The notes: generated by a model not told the origin, from the letters alone. Shown: positions 33,201 to 45,929, counted from the first letter of the stretch. The stretch is 64,000 nt of DNA from Paraspadella gotoi (GCA_051294375.1 CM119269.1:15573918-15637917), one strand, 5' to 3'. Numbers and translations are program-made.

Positions 33201-35796
33201 TTGTTTTGCTGTTTTTCCCCCGTGCGTTGTTTCATTTAAAACTATTCTGATTCCGTAAAATTCACTGAACAAAAACCAAAACATCGAGAGTCGAAACTGG
33301 TTCCGTAATCTCCTCCATCACCCCAACTCCCCTCCTTTTCCGCCATCAGTGCGTCACGACCCGATCCGCTGCGCCAACACGACCCTCTCGCGTCACTTTT
33401 GTCTCAACGACGGCATCTGTTTCCAAATCAAAACTCTTCACATCGACACGAACGTGACCGAGTTCGGACCTCCGTTTTGCGAGTGTTCCTACAATTGGAT
33501 CGGTGAGTCGGATTGGAATGACATTTTTGTCAGTCAACTTCTGTCATTATTTGGACGACTGAATAAACTGATATGTGAATAAATATAATTTATGAGATAT
33601 TAAATATCGGAATGTCTGAAAGAAAAGAATGTCAGAAATGTAGTGACTCAATTCACGACAAAAACGATTATGATCCAACGACGTTGACAGAATGAATGAA
33701 TTAAAAGATAAATATAGAAATAAATGTCTTAATGAAAGAATAAAGAAATCCATTACTAAATAAATAAATGAATGAATCAATGAATCGATTAAAATATCTA
33801 TAATAAGAATGATAAAATACACAAATAAATATTAACAAATTAACTACTATTTCCAAGGACGTCGTTGCCAAGATCGTTACATCGACATCGCGATCCTCGC
33901 CTCGCTCGGCGTCGTCGTTCCCATCGTCGTCATCGGCGTCGTCGTCATGGTCGTCATGTTGCGTCGGCGTCAACGGAGCAAATCTGGCCAAGGCTCCGTC
34001 TCCGTAGCGACGAGAAACAACAACAATTCCGGTGGGTGACCCACGTGGGATTCGGTTGGGGGGGGGAGAGGATGCGTAATGAATTTTTCAGAGGGTTCTT
34101 TGCAACAATTGAGGGAAGCATGCTTGGTTAAGAGGGGGTTCCTGGTCTCAATTCGGTGAAAAAAGGGATTTTCGTTAGTTTTGTATGCTTTTAATAAATA
34201 ACGTATCTTCTATTCTCAGTCTTTTCATCACATTTCAGGACTCAACGGTTACAATGTCGCCGACTCAGGCGTCAATACCCGACACGCCCCTCGACCCGTT
34301 TCCAGTTCGCGGACGACGGATTGGACGGCGGCGCGGGATGACGCCGGGCGCCGGCGTCTCGAAGAAGGTAAAGGGGCGTGGCTGAGTGGAAAGAGTGCTA
34401 ATCGGACTCAATGGCCCATTTTAATTTTACGTTTGAAGCTTTTTTATATATGAGTTTATTTTTAATCTTTGTATCATTTGAATTTTATTAGACTACCTCG
34501 TTCTATGTAAATTTATCTCATTTGTAATAAGATGAAAGAATACTTGTCGCGACCTCCCTCGTCAACTTATGGCCTCTCGAAAATATCTTTTTTTTTTCTT
34601 TAACGCTTCGTGACGCCAGAGTTAAAAAATGTCACCCGGTCGTCGCTTTTCCCTTTTTCTTCGCCCGCATTTCTCGTACGCATTAAAATTGAAGCATAAA
34701 AAAATAATTATTTTGAGAGAGAGTACGTAAATTTCCCATTAGTGTCTCGTCGTCGAAGCAATAAAGGCTCAAGGAATTCATAAAGCGCCCTCTCTCTCTT
34801 CTCTCGTCTCGTCTCTCTCTCTCTCCTCTCTCTCTCTTCCTCTCTCTCCGTCTCGACTCTCTACATCCGTCTCTCAATCTCTTCTCTCTCTCCAGGCGCC
34901 TACGACGCCGACGTGGAAACGCCCTTCAACAGAGTCTGCGATGAGCCGGCGCCAAAATTGTACGTCTCCGGAAGCAGAGTGTGACGTTGCTTCTAGCGTG
35001 GGCTGCGTTAATTACACGCTAATCGAAGGAGGCGAACGTGCAGTAATTACAAAAGTGACGTCACGCGGCCGGGCGACGTAATTTTTGCGGCTTTTTCTAG
35101 TGACATAACGAGCGTGACGTGTCAAAGGTGACGCGGGAAGAATGACGTCAACGAGTCTAAAGACAAGTCGTAGACGGCCAGTTCGCCGGTGGGCGTGGCG
35201 AAATAAAAGAGCATCGAACGTCTCTTGAGTTCTGCGGACTTCCAACGCATGATTTCTGCCTTCCCCCTACCTGCCCTCCCCTTCCTCTTCGGCCGCAAAT
35301 ATTTTTTTAAATATCTTAAAAACTCATTCTTTAAAATATTGTATTAACTTATTCGATTAACTTTTTTATGTCGTCGTTGTACATTTTTGTTTTTTTTATC
35401 TCTGCAATAATCTTTAAATAAATTTGATTTGAATACTTTTACGACTATGTGTTTTCATACTAGTATTTTTTAAGCGAAATATGGAAGTCGAAATTTTTGT
35501 ACGTTATCATTTTTCAAAATCGCTTCGAAACATAATATTAATCATTGGAAATTCAATCGTTAAACCGAGCCATTCCAATGTTTTTAAGAAGTTATTTCTT
35601 TCTCGGCCATTTTAACGTCAATTTTTGAGTCGATTAAAGTACAAAAACGCTTTGCCTCGCATGGCTTAGATCTTACGTCGTGTAGGGTTGTAAAAGAAGG
35701 GCGGGAGAAATTTATTTATTGCCCACCCGCGATTATGTCTCGATTATTTCCTGGCCAAACTCCATTTTTCTTGAGGTAGTGCAAATTGTTTTTTAT

Positions 35797-35858
<62 letters not shown>

Positions 35859-37782
35859 TGTCGGAATTTTTTGTTTGTTTTTCTTTTTGACAAAAAAAAA
35901 GAAATGTTGTTTGTCAAAGGACGTAAAAATTAGATTCGCGACTCCGAGTAAAGAAATGGAGGGGGAAGAGGAAGAGGATGAGGAATTAGTGAGTATAAGG
36001 ATGGAATGAATAGGAAATAGGAAAGAGTAGGAGAGATTAATAGGAGGAAGTGGGAGAAGATTCTGGAAGAAAAGATGGGGGTGATAAGAATAGGAGAAGA
36101 GAAGATAAGAGAGAAGAGAAGAGAGAAGGAGAAGAGAAGGAGAAGAGAAGGAGAAGAAGAAGAGAGAAGAGAAATAAAAAGTGGGTAAGAAAAAACATAA
36201 AACGATTCAGCACAATCAATGGCTTTTTAAACTCCAGGACATTCACCTCGAAAAAAGGAAAACATTTAAACCTTTTCAGGAAACATTTTTAAAAAGGTCA
36301 AGAGAAAAAAAACGTCCGAAGAAAAATTAAAAAAAAATAAAAATAAAAAGAAGAAAATAATTTGAGCAACGACATCTGGATAGAAAAAAAAATAACGGAA
36401 GTGAAACAAAAATAATTCGATTGGTAAAAAAAATTTGGCGAAGAAAAATCCTTTTGTTGCCAAACGAAGTCTTTTTCTCTTTCTATCTTTCCGACTAAAA
36501 AAGAAAAAAAAACTATTTTATGCGAATAACTTGTCTTTGTCAAAAATATCTGTCGGGCGACAGTAGTTTTGCTTCATTTGAACTTACCTAGATGATGTTC
36601 CCAAGGCCGTCAGCCAAGCCTGAAAGAAAGAGTTGAGAGGAAATTACGTTTTAAACATTGTACTTTCCGGAGTAAATATTTTATAATAATTCTGTGACTC
36701 GGAAGTTTCCATCGTAATCGATAATTGCGCCTTTTATAGCAATAAAAACTGACCTGCAGCATTCCGCTGTAAAATAGGTAAGGGTTCTTCCGTGTGACGA
36801 TGAAGTAAAGCAAAGGAAGAGTGCCGAGTGAGTGGATGGCCAGACCTGCCACTACCGCCGCCATGTAGAGACCCAACTTAAAAAAAAAAAGAGGAAGAAG
36901 TTTGTCGTCGTTGTCGTCGCTAATTATCCCGAAGGTAAGTTTTATGCTTCCTCACCTGAGCGAGCGTGTTCGACAAATCCCCGATCTCCATTAACTTTCC
37001 CATGATCAAGCACATGATGCCGAACGGAGCGTACCTGACATACGGATTCGAAATACATTATAACGGACGAAAGGAAAGGAAAGAGTCAAACCAAGTCGGA
37101 ACGAAATCGTCATTTTAGTGACAAAAAAGTAAATTATCTCAACGACGTCCAAAACACGTCAAAAACTCGTTTCTGTCAATCGTTTGTTTAGTAATTTAGT
37201 TTAGTAATTTAAAAAAAAACGTTAGAAAATTGAGGAAATCGAGTTAACACGGGAGGCATATTTGTACAGATTAAAGATAACAAAAAGCCCTTTGCAGTTA
37301 TCATTACGGTAAATTTACTTATAATTTTAAACAAACAAAAGAATCTATCCGACAAAGCCCTTTCTCCCTTCGCCTGGAGCCAGCGTCTCATCGCAACATA
37401 TTGAAACGTATATGAATGAATTCATACTATTTTTCTTTTATACACAAAAATCGTGCGGTAACTGTCGTCGTGTCACAGTTTTGATAATCCAAAATCCAAA
37501 ATCCTCACCACATGATGATGAACACGAGTCTCATGACGATTTCGTTGAGGACGACGAAAAACTCCACCATGAGTTTTCCCTTTTCCTCCAATTGACCGAT
37601 GATGATGCCGAAGGCGATGCAGAACACGATCAGACCCAGCACGTTCATTCCGTCTGGAGGGAATACATGAGGTTGTTGGGGAAGGGGTTGTTTGAGAGGG
37701 GGCTTATCTGTCTATCTATATTTCTTTCTTTCTTTTTTCTTTCTTTCTTTCTTTTTTCCTTCTTTTTTTTCCCTTTTTTTTC

Positions 37783-37858
<76 letters not shown>

Positions 37859-38975
37859 TGATTACAATTTTTACCTGAACATTATCTCTTTACCTTATCT
37901 TATCTTTCTTTTTTCTCTCTTTCTTTATTCACCTTGATTACAAACTTTAACTGAGCATTTTTCTCCATTTAAAAAAAAAAACATAATGTACGTGAGATAG
38001 CCACAGAGAAAAAAAGAGAGAAAACGAACCCGACCTTTGAAACGCAGCTTGTGCTTTCGTATGGTCGTCACGTTGTCCGGCAATATTGTATCGTTGCCGA
38101 CTTCCACTTCTTCGTAATAAGACTCCGTTTGTTGGAAACAGGCTTGAACGATGTTTTCCGGGAACATGTTCCTTGAGAAAAAGAAAAGGCCGATTTGTGA
38201 CGGAATGATTTTTATTAGAGGGCGACAGGGGTTTTCGGCTCAGGGGCCTTTTCTTGGCTCTCTTTCCCCAGAGGGCTGTAAATATTCCAGTAGTAGACAT
38301 ATATCTTTATATGGGTTTTTTTTTATCACGATTACTCAATGAGTGGCCATGTCTGTTTGTCTGCCCAAGATTGATCTGTTACAAGGGATTATTTGTCAAG
38401 GGATCTTCAAAATATAAAAAAATATTTTAACCGAATATTAAAAAAAAGGCTGACAAAACGCTAAATAAATTTTCGCATGGTAAGAAAACTTGGTAGTGAG
38501 AACTCTTGACATAGACTTTTTTTTTAGTTTCCCTTAATTTTTTTTTGCTACTTTGTTTTTATCTGAATCCCAACAATGGAGCCCCTATCGACAACTCAAA
38601 GAACGATTTAAAAAAAAAAAAAGACAACGAACCTGATAAGGTCGAGAAGGGCGTCCACGGTCGAGACCGTCTTGGTCGAGTGCGGTCCGGGTCCCCCACG
38701 GATGGTGTTCTAAAATTTAGTTTTTATTTTTAAGATAATTATATTTAACTTATCACACGAGGAAAAAGAAAATCGAAATATACCATTTCTGGAAGATTAA
38801 CAATAACCTACCTTGATGGAGGGGTCACCGGGATGGATCGACACAACCATGATGATCCCCACAACCGCCGCCAGCATCGTCGTCCCGAAGTAGTAGCACA
38901 GAGCGCGGGAGCCCATCTTGCCAGAAGACTTGGCGTCCAGTTGGGCCAGACCTGCGAGCGGGAAGTGGGTAGTGG

Positions 38976-39006
<31 letters not shown>

Positions 39007-39241
39007 AAGCAAAGAAAGACCGTGAGAATTCTTGTTTATTTTTTCAATTATCACGAACCGGAAGATCTAAGGCGTCTATCCTCAAATAATCCATCACCAA
39101 CGAATTTCGAATTTGAAAATTTTTGAAAGATTTTTTTCTGGAATCTGTTCTTTCGTTTATTTATTCTTCGGTATAATTTTGGGCCTGTTTACTTTTTCGA
39201 ATATTCCGTTCTTGATAAGGAACAATATTACAAAATTAAGG

Positions 39242-39281
<40 letters not shown>

Positions 39282-40894
39282 AAATGGCTCCTTACCGGCG
39301 ATCATAGAGGATGTGATGAGAGGAATGATAAGCATCTTCAACATTCTCATCAAAATGTCTCCGGGAAACGCAATCATTTGAATCGTGTAGAGATCCGGCT
39401 GAATAAACAAATAAGAAAAGATCCGTCATTGACTTCTCGATCGTTAGACTGTCATTTCTTACTTTTCGTACTCGCTCTTTCAAACCCAATGAATATTATA
39501 TTTTGAATTTCGCTTTTTTTTCAATAGCCTTGGCAAGCGAACCGTATCATCGTCCCATTTACCCACATCTTTCGTGTAAATCTATGTTTTACGCAGTTGT
39601 GATTTTTTTTAATCGAATATAACCGCAAATTTTATCGCTCGTAACCTAAAAGAATTCACGCCTATTTGCATAATAATCAAGAATCAATGACGGAATTCGG
39701 AACTTGAGATTTACTTACGAGAGACTACACTGTATAATCTTGGTCTATTCGATATGAATGCTTCTTTCACTCAAACATTTCTGCGTCTTTTCAATATTTT
39801 TTTTTGGACTTTTTTTTGAAATTCTTACCATTCGATGGGAAAAACCAGTACAAATCTCTATCAAAACAAAGAACGGTTATTCCAAGGTGTTGTGCTGCAT
39901 TAATTTTATTTTAACTGTCTTATCCCTTGTATTTCCGTATATACACGACACGCTCTGCATCGTAATCACGTCTTTTATTCCTTAGAGTTAGTAAGATTTC
40001 TTTAAAAACAAAAGGCGGGCGCGAGTAGTCGCTCAGATTTGAGGTTTTCCTGTTTTATCAAATGAGCAACGAACTATAGGTAAGTTATTAACGATTTCAA
40101 CGAAAACGTAAGTGGGACAGACCGACGGTCAGACATACCGACCGACGGACCGACGGACCGACCGAAAAGGGACTTATAGAGTCGCTCCGCGAGTACTCGC
40201 GACGTGACTAAAAACTAAATGACTCGATCGAATGATTTACATGTAAATATAACCATAAACTTTCATTACTTAAATTTGAAAAGCATTGGTGATGAAAAGT
40301 TATTTTAAACCCAAAACTTTTCGTATCAATGTATGTATAATATGTAATGTAATGAAGAGACAGATACAACCATCATACAAATTATCCGTACATTCAATAA
40401 ACAATTATGACAAGCTATGATGAATTGCATTGGGCTAAGGGTCAAAGTCAAACTCAAACCTCAAACTCAAACTCAAACTCAAACCTCACCTGAGCCAATC
40501 GGCAGAGGAATCCGAGAACGACGCCCAGAACGACGCCCAACACCGTGAGGACGAGAAGGAGGTTTTCCGATTTTCGCATCCATGCTAGAATCTGTTGTTA
40601 GTTAGTTTAGTTAGTTATATTATATCATAAATTAATGATAAATCGATTCGTAACTTCGTTTTTTTTAAAAAAAAAACTATGAAAATCAACCTCCGACAAA
40701 ATTACTAAAATATTTTTTTTAAAACAGAGCAAAATAGGAACTTAACACATCACGTCGATCGTAGTTATCGAAGAAAAAACCTTTATATAAAAGTTGCTTC
40801 CATACTTATTGAAATATAATGATGTAACTACCTTTGATGGAATCGACGAACGATAAGTTGGAATCCGTATCGCGTCTTTTTTGTCGTCCGCCAT
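12151..40894 (-). CDS. SLC1A2: Excitatory amino acid (glutamate) transporter, SLC1 family, EAAT2/GLT-1-like, 13 coding exons
   Basis: Exons: 40894-40832, 40591-40490, 39398-39296, 38951-38812, 38709-38633, 38171-38035, 37653-37509, 37034-36956, 36876-36754, 36619-36588, 13974-13780, 13120-12954, 12337-~12151. All are GT-AG with consistent phases. Motifs: [23 protein letters not shown] (HP1), [10 protein letters not shown] (TM7), SVPSAG (HP2), DRIRT (TM8 Arg for acidic substrates). The last exon has an indel, so the stop is approximate. Orthology to SLC1A2 rests on resemblance only. Confidence 0.95.
13466..13671 (-). mobile_element. Dispersed repeat family B, intact copy, in EAAT intron 11
   Basis: Reverse complement of 3487-3627 joined to 4248-4318. 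Confidence 0.85.
14271..21805 (-). repeat. Inverted, insertion-rich duplicate of 21831-22236 plus 29305-35933 (probable assembly gap-fill)
   Basis: Reverse complement of those segments with many 1-nt insertions; ends at a 25-N gap (21806-21830). Confidence 0.9.
15417..18100 (-). pseudogene. Frameshifted copy of the EGFR-ligand-like gene (probably artefactual)
   Basis: Same five exons as 32420-34984 but disrupted by indels. Confidence 0.5.
22238..29279 (-). repeat. Apparently exact direct duplicate of 14271-21312 (offset 7967)
   Basis: The ORF track repeats identically at +7967; the copy ends at a 25-N gap (29280-29304). Confidence 0.95.
23384..26067 (-). pseudogene. Second frameshifted copy of the EGFR-ligand-like gene (probably artefactual)
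   Basis: Same sequence and same indels as 15417-18100. Confidence 0.45.
32420..34984 (+). CDS. Membrane-anchored EGFR-ligand-like protein (TGF-alpha/Spitz/Keren-like), 397 aa, 5 exons, nested antisense in EAAT intron 10
   Basis: Exons 32420-33068, 33350-33502, 33858-34031, 34239-34367, 34896-34984. All four introns are GT-AG phase 1 and the join has no stops. Features: hydrophobic [20 protein letters not shown] then [13 protein letters not shown]; EGF module [48 protein letters not shown]; [27 protein letters not shown] followed by RRRQR; C-terminus GSRV*. The start codon is less certain. Confidence 0.9.
40013..40215. mobile_element. HINE-like element, uninterrupted copy, in EAAT intron 2
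   Basis: (gacc/gacg)n tract plus the hairpin end ttatagagtcgc...gtgactaaaaac; homologous to 4890-5676. Confidence 0.65.
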
Positions 40895-41413
40895 TTTTTT
40901 GTTTTTGTTTTTGTTTTAATGGCAGTAAAAAACTTTCGTTTTTTCCAAAGATTTGGTTAGATTTTTAAAATTTTTCTTACGTAGACACCTGGGGGGGGGC
41001 GAAAAAAGATTAATTATTTTCTTGGAAACGTTCTAGAAAATAATAATAATGATTAACAAGAAAAAACCAACACAAAAACAACAAATAACGACCAACACAA
41101 ATCATAAAATTATGATTCAAGTACCAGCTTATTTTTATTGAAAGCATTCATTTACATTAAAAGAATTTATTAACGATGCGTACGCTGCTCGAGAGCGTCC
41201 ACGATCGAACCGGTCAGAAACCGGTTGACTTTTAACTTGCAGAGATAAAAATCAAGAATGGCGGGAAAAATAGACGGATTGAAATGGAAATGCTCTCGCC
41301 TCGGGCAGATACTAATCGGGGTTTTAAAAACGAATTTCTATTTCCTTCACTCATATTATATAATTATAATTATCCATTGTGTTAATCCTTTCGGCTTCGT
41401 TGGAGTATTAGAG

Positions 41414-41621
41414 ATTTTAACAAAGTTTTGGGAAATGTTTTCGTCAACGAATTTTTTATTATGTATAAAGGACATGTTTCGACTCTTCATTTCTTTCACC
41501 TCTGATGAACTGAAATGAAGACTTCGACAATGAGGAGGTTTCGAAACAATGTCCCTTAACTATACTAATTATTTAAAAAAAATCAAAAGTTGACGGAAAA
41601 CATTTCCAAACTTTGTTAAAT
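41414..41621. repeat. Imperfect palindrome with degenerate hammerhead remnants (Penelope-like)
   Basis: Arms ttaacaaagttttgggaaatgttttcgtcaac / gttgacggaaaacatttccaaactttgttaa; the centre has ggacatgtttcg, ctgatga and cgaaacaatgtcc. Confidence 0.55.
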
Positions 41622-41861
41622 AATTATAATTAAAATTGTTACTTAATGATTTAAAAGCACGAACAATGATGGCGCGTCATAAATAATCTTAAATTGTTTT
41701 CTTTATTTTACAATTTTTTTGGAAAAAATATTTAAAAAAAAAATCTAGATCAGGGAAATAAATTAAATTAATGAATAAAATGATGTAACAGCACGAATCG
41801 CTTCAAGCAGTTTTTTCAACGTTACGGCGTTTTCAGTTGCTCTCTCTCTTCTCTCTTCTCT

Positions 41862-41911
<50 letters not shown>

Positions 41912-42729
41912 CTCTTCCGCTCTATTTGTTCAGCCACATAAAAGACAATGGATTGTTGCTGTCCATTGTGTTCAAGATTTTTTTACAGAATTCCATTGGA
42001 CCCAGATTCGAAGGCTCATCATGTCTCTGACGAACCAAGACAGAGATAATCGAAAAGAACTGAGTAAATAAATAATAGGTCTTTTTCTGTTTTTTTTTAT
42101 ATACTTTATAGAAGTAATATATCCGATTGAAAGGACCACCAATTCTTTTTTTCAATTTAAAAATATATCCATATTATATCTTTTTATTTTTGATTTAATT
42201 TTATAAATTTAAAGGTTTTTTAAATTGACCAAAATTTTCTAATATTCGCTAACTTTAAGAGTTTAAAATATATTATCTTGTAAGAGTGATGGAGGCCTTA
42301 AACCACCAAAGCCAGTCCAAAGTCAGGGGCAAGATAGCTTATTTTTTAAATGAATGAAAAATTTTTATATTGGTTGTACCAATTTCATATACAATTATAC
42401 ATAATTAATTTTTTTGCGGTGATTCATGGATAACGAAGAGGCGGTTAAAACTGTAATCTGAATTAGATGGCAGAACCGGAGTGACATGAGAACCGGAGTG
42501 ACATGAGAAAAATCAACGACTGTGACTTCATGTCTTTGACCGGTTTCAAACAGGAGAAAATATTGGTGGACAAATTTCTAGGTCGACATTGATATATTAA
42601 ACAATATTAAACTATTAGGAATGACTCAAACAAACTTGATTACGGTACAAATTACCATACAATGCAAATTACAAAACAAATTATAATTTTAGAATTTATT
42701 GTGTAATCCTTTGGTTTCGTTGCTTTAGG

Positions 42730-42893
42730 AATTTGCAGGAATAAGTTTGATTTGTTTGTGACAATTATTTGTTTTATTTCAGTTTAGAAACGGACATGTT
42801 TCGGCTTTGAATACAAGCCTTCATCATGTCCGTTTCTAAACTGAAATAAAACAAATCGTTGTCACAAACAAATCAAACTTATTCCTGCAAATT
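42730..42893. repeat. Near-perfect palindrome (~68-bp arms) enclosing a hammerhead core remnant on the minus strand
   Basis: The minus-strand centre reads TGATGA-AGGCTT-gtattca-AAGCC-GAAA-CATGTC. Confidence 0.75.
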
Positions 42894-43103
42894 TTATAAT
42901 TATATAAATTACCTTACAATATACAACTTATAATTTTTCCTTAAATATAAAAAAAAATGAATAAAAAAGGAAAAGGGGATCTGACGACCCCAAAGTTCTG
43001 TGATGTTTTTATGGAAGTTTTATGTTGCTGAAGAAATAAGTCTTCAATCATGCAACCAAAACATTTTCTTGTTTGGATTAAAAACAAAAACAGAGTGAGA
43101 GGA

Positions 43104-43155
<52 letters not shown>

Positions 43156-44254
43156 AAGAATGAACTCCCCCCTTTTAATCTTCTTACCTTTACAGTTTCT
43201 CCAGTTTATTTCGGCGACGTTTTCACCCGATCATTTTCACGTTTCTCTGTCTCGCTCTCGCTTTCGAATGTTAATTTATCGCTTCGCGTAGAATCGACGA
43301 AATAATTTTTAAAAACTCCGCGAATTTGACAAAATCCGTTTCGATCCTTTTTTTTTTTTTCACATCTCGACTACGACGACGGCGAGGAGGCTTTGTCCTT
43401 TTTTTTTTTTTAGTTTGTCTCTCTCTCGCTCTCGCACTCGCTCCGACTCTCTCTCTCTCTATGTCTCATCGACCGGATCGCTTCCGAGACGAGACGAAAC
43501 GACGACGACGACGACGACGACGGCGCAATTTCTCGTCTTTTTAATTCTCGTTCGTATTAATTCTCATGTCAGATTCGAGCGCGAAAGAGAGCGAGAGAGA
43601 GAGAGAGGGAGAGAGAGCAACAGGTCTCGTTGACGGCGGGAGAAGAGGCGATCGTGGCGCGACGGAGAACGAGACGGAAACGCGGGATCTCGCGTGTCTG
43701 AGGGAGATCGGGAGGAAAGAGAGGAGAGGGAGGAAAGGGGAAGAGAGGGAGGGAGGGAGGGAGGGAGGAAAAAGAAGGGGGAAGTTAGAAGAAGGAGAGA
43801 GGGAGGGAAGGGAGAAGAAAGGAAGAGGAGAGGGGGAAAGAAGGAGGAGAAGGGTAGGAAAAGGAGGAGAAGAGAGGAAGAAGAAAGAAAGAGGAGAGGG
43901 GGAAAAGAGGAGGAGAAGGGTAGGAGAAGGAGGAGAAGAGCGGGAGGGGAGGGAGAAGAAAGGAAGAGGAGAAGGTGAATAGAAGAGAAAATGTGAAGGG
44001 AATGAGAGAATGAGTTGAAATAAAGGAACAAGAAAGGTCAGAGAGCGGTGAGAAAAAAATTAGGGAAACGAGAATAGGAACCAAGAAAATGAGAAGGAAC
44101 GGGGAGAGGGAAGTAAAAGAGAATTGAAAAAAAAAAATATTAAGTGATAGAGATTTGCGCTTGCGCGAATGAATTTAAAATACTAAGTTTAAAACGGATT
44201 CATTCCAATCAGATTATTATAGATTAAAATTATGCAAGTAAAACTCAATCTCTT

Positions 44255-44323
<69 letters not shown>

Positions 44324-44439
44324 CTCCCGTCTTTTCTTTTTATTGTCACTTAATCCAATTTACGTCACATACGGGGATAGAGCGAGATAAAAGAGAGAGA
44401 GAGAGAGAAAGATAGAAATATAGATAGATAGATAGATCG

Positions 44440-44471
<32 letters not shown>

Positions 44472-44726
44472 ATATATATAGAGAGAGAGAGATAGTCGGA
44501 AGTGTGCGCCGGTTTCCGATATTTTCTAATTATTTTTTTTTCTGATAAAAAAAATACTTTTAAGATTAAAGATTGTTTTTTTAATAAAAAAAGAAAACGG
44601 ATAATTCTAGAAATTTATGATCATACAAAACGATATAACGGATTTAAACTTTATCTTGCAATTATAAAATTGTAGGATAGCAATTGAAGAACCATAGCGA
44701 CGTGAAAAATAGTATGGTAGTGCGTC

Positions 44727-44815
44727 AAATAATGTATGGGCCATTAATGAACACAAAATAATGTATGGGCCACTAATGCACATGAAATAATGTATGGGCC
44801 ATTAATGAACACGAA
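44727..44815. repeat. Minisatellite, ~30-bp unit x3
   Basis: Unit aaataatgtatgggccattaatgaacac. Confidence 0.9.
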
Positions 44816-45929
44816 AATTTCCAACCTCTTGACAAAATCTTTAGCCTTTAATATCATCATAATCATGAGAGAGAAAGTTGGTAAAAATCTTTCTTTTTGT
44901 TGTCGAGTTAATTTTTAAACTCTTCATTAGTTTGAGTCCTCGTTGATGTTATACATTTTTTTTTCTTCTTTTCGCAAGAAAATCAGATTGACGCTAATGA
45001 GTTTGAAGGCTTTAGAAACTAATTCTCCGACAACTAATCAACCATTCACGGATGTGATTGTTTAGAACCCGTGAGAAATTGTTTAGAACTAAAAGCTTAT
45101 TCGAACTTTGTTAAAACGAATTAATCCCTCTAAATATCAATATCCAAAAAAAAAAAAGAAGAAATTTCAGTCTCAATTTGAAAAAAAAAAAAATATGTTC
45201 GATTGTTTTTAACCTTTAAACGCATTTTTAATATTTTTTTAATATAGTTTTAGTTTGACAACATTTTTAAAAAGTTTTTTTTCCTTCAAATATCCAGCAA
45301 AGTTCGCTCATTCGGCCTAATTGTCGTTGTCGTCGTCGCGTCTTGTCAATTTGAAAATTTGTCAGTTGGTTCGTTTACTTTTAAAAATGTACTGTTATTT
45401 TAAACAACGACTTCATTCTTCCTTCTCGGGTTTAGGTAACTTTACTAGTTCGATCATAATTAAAAAACATAGAATCTTTATAATCTAATCTACTAATCTA
45501 AGATTATAACAACAACGACAACAAAGGAAGAAGACGAAGTCAGAAATACTTAAACCCCAAGTTTTCATTTAAAAGACAAAAGAAAAACCTGGAGGCAAAG
45601 AGGAATTCACACAATGCGGAGCCAGTGACGATTATGGAGGAAAAAAGAATAAAGACAAAAGATGATCGATGGAACTACGACGACGACGACGACGACGCCG
45701 ACCAAAACATACACTGATAATAATATGAAATATATATAAGAATGATGTAGAACGATGGGAAATTTGAGGAGGAAGGGAAACGACGCCGACGTATTTTTGC
45801 TCCCGGTAAGTAACAACAACAACAACAATAAAAGAAACGAAGACGATGAAGCGTTAGGAAAACAACGCGACGATGAAGAAGACGACCAACGACAACACGA
45901 TCCGCGAGCAACAATGACGACAACGACAC

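Larger units (their letters stand above)
40895..43300 (-). other. Probable EAAT 5' UTR with an intron (40989-43187)
   Basis: Acceptor cccccccag at 40989-40990 just upstream of the ATG exon, and a strong donor AAG|GTAAGA at 43186-43187. The upstream exon boundary is not determinable. Confidence 0.45.

Noticed and set aside
14271-35933. Giant palindromic transposon carrying a captured gene
   Set aside because: No TSD or transposase; the error profile and 25-N gaps fit assembly gap-filling better.
44727-44815. CRISPR-like repeat arrays (also 51.0 and 59.3 kb)
   Set aside because: Eukaryotic DNA, contiguous units without unique spacers, and no cas genes.
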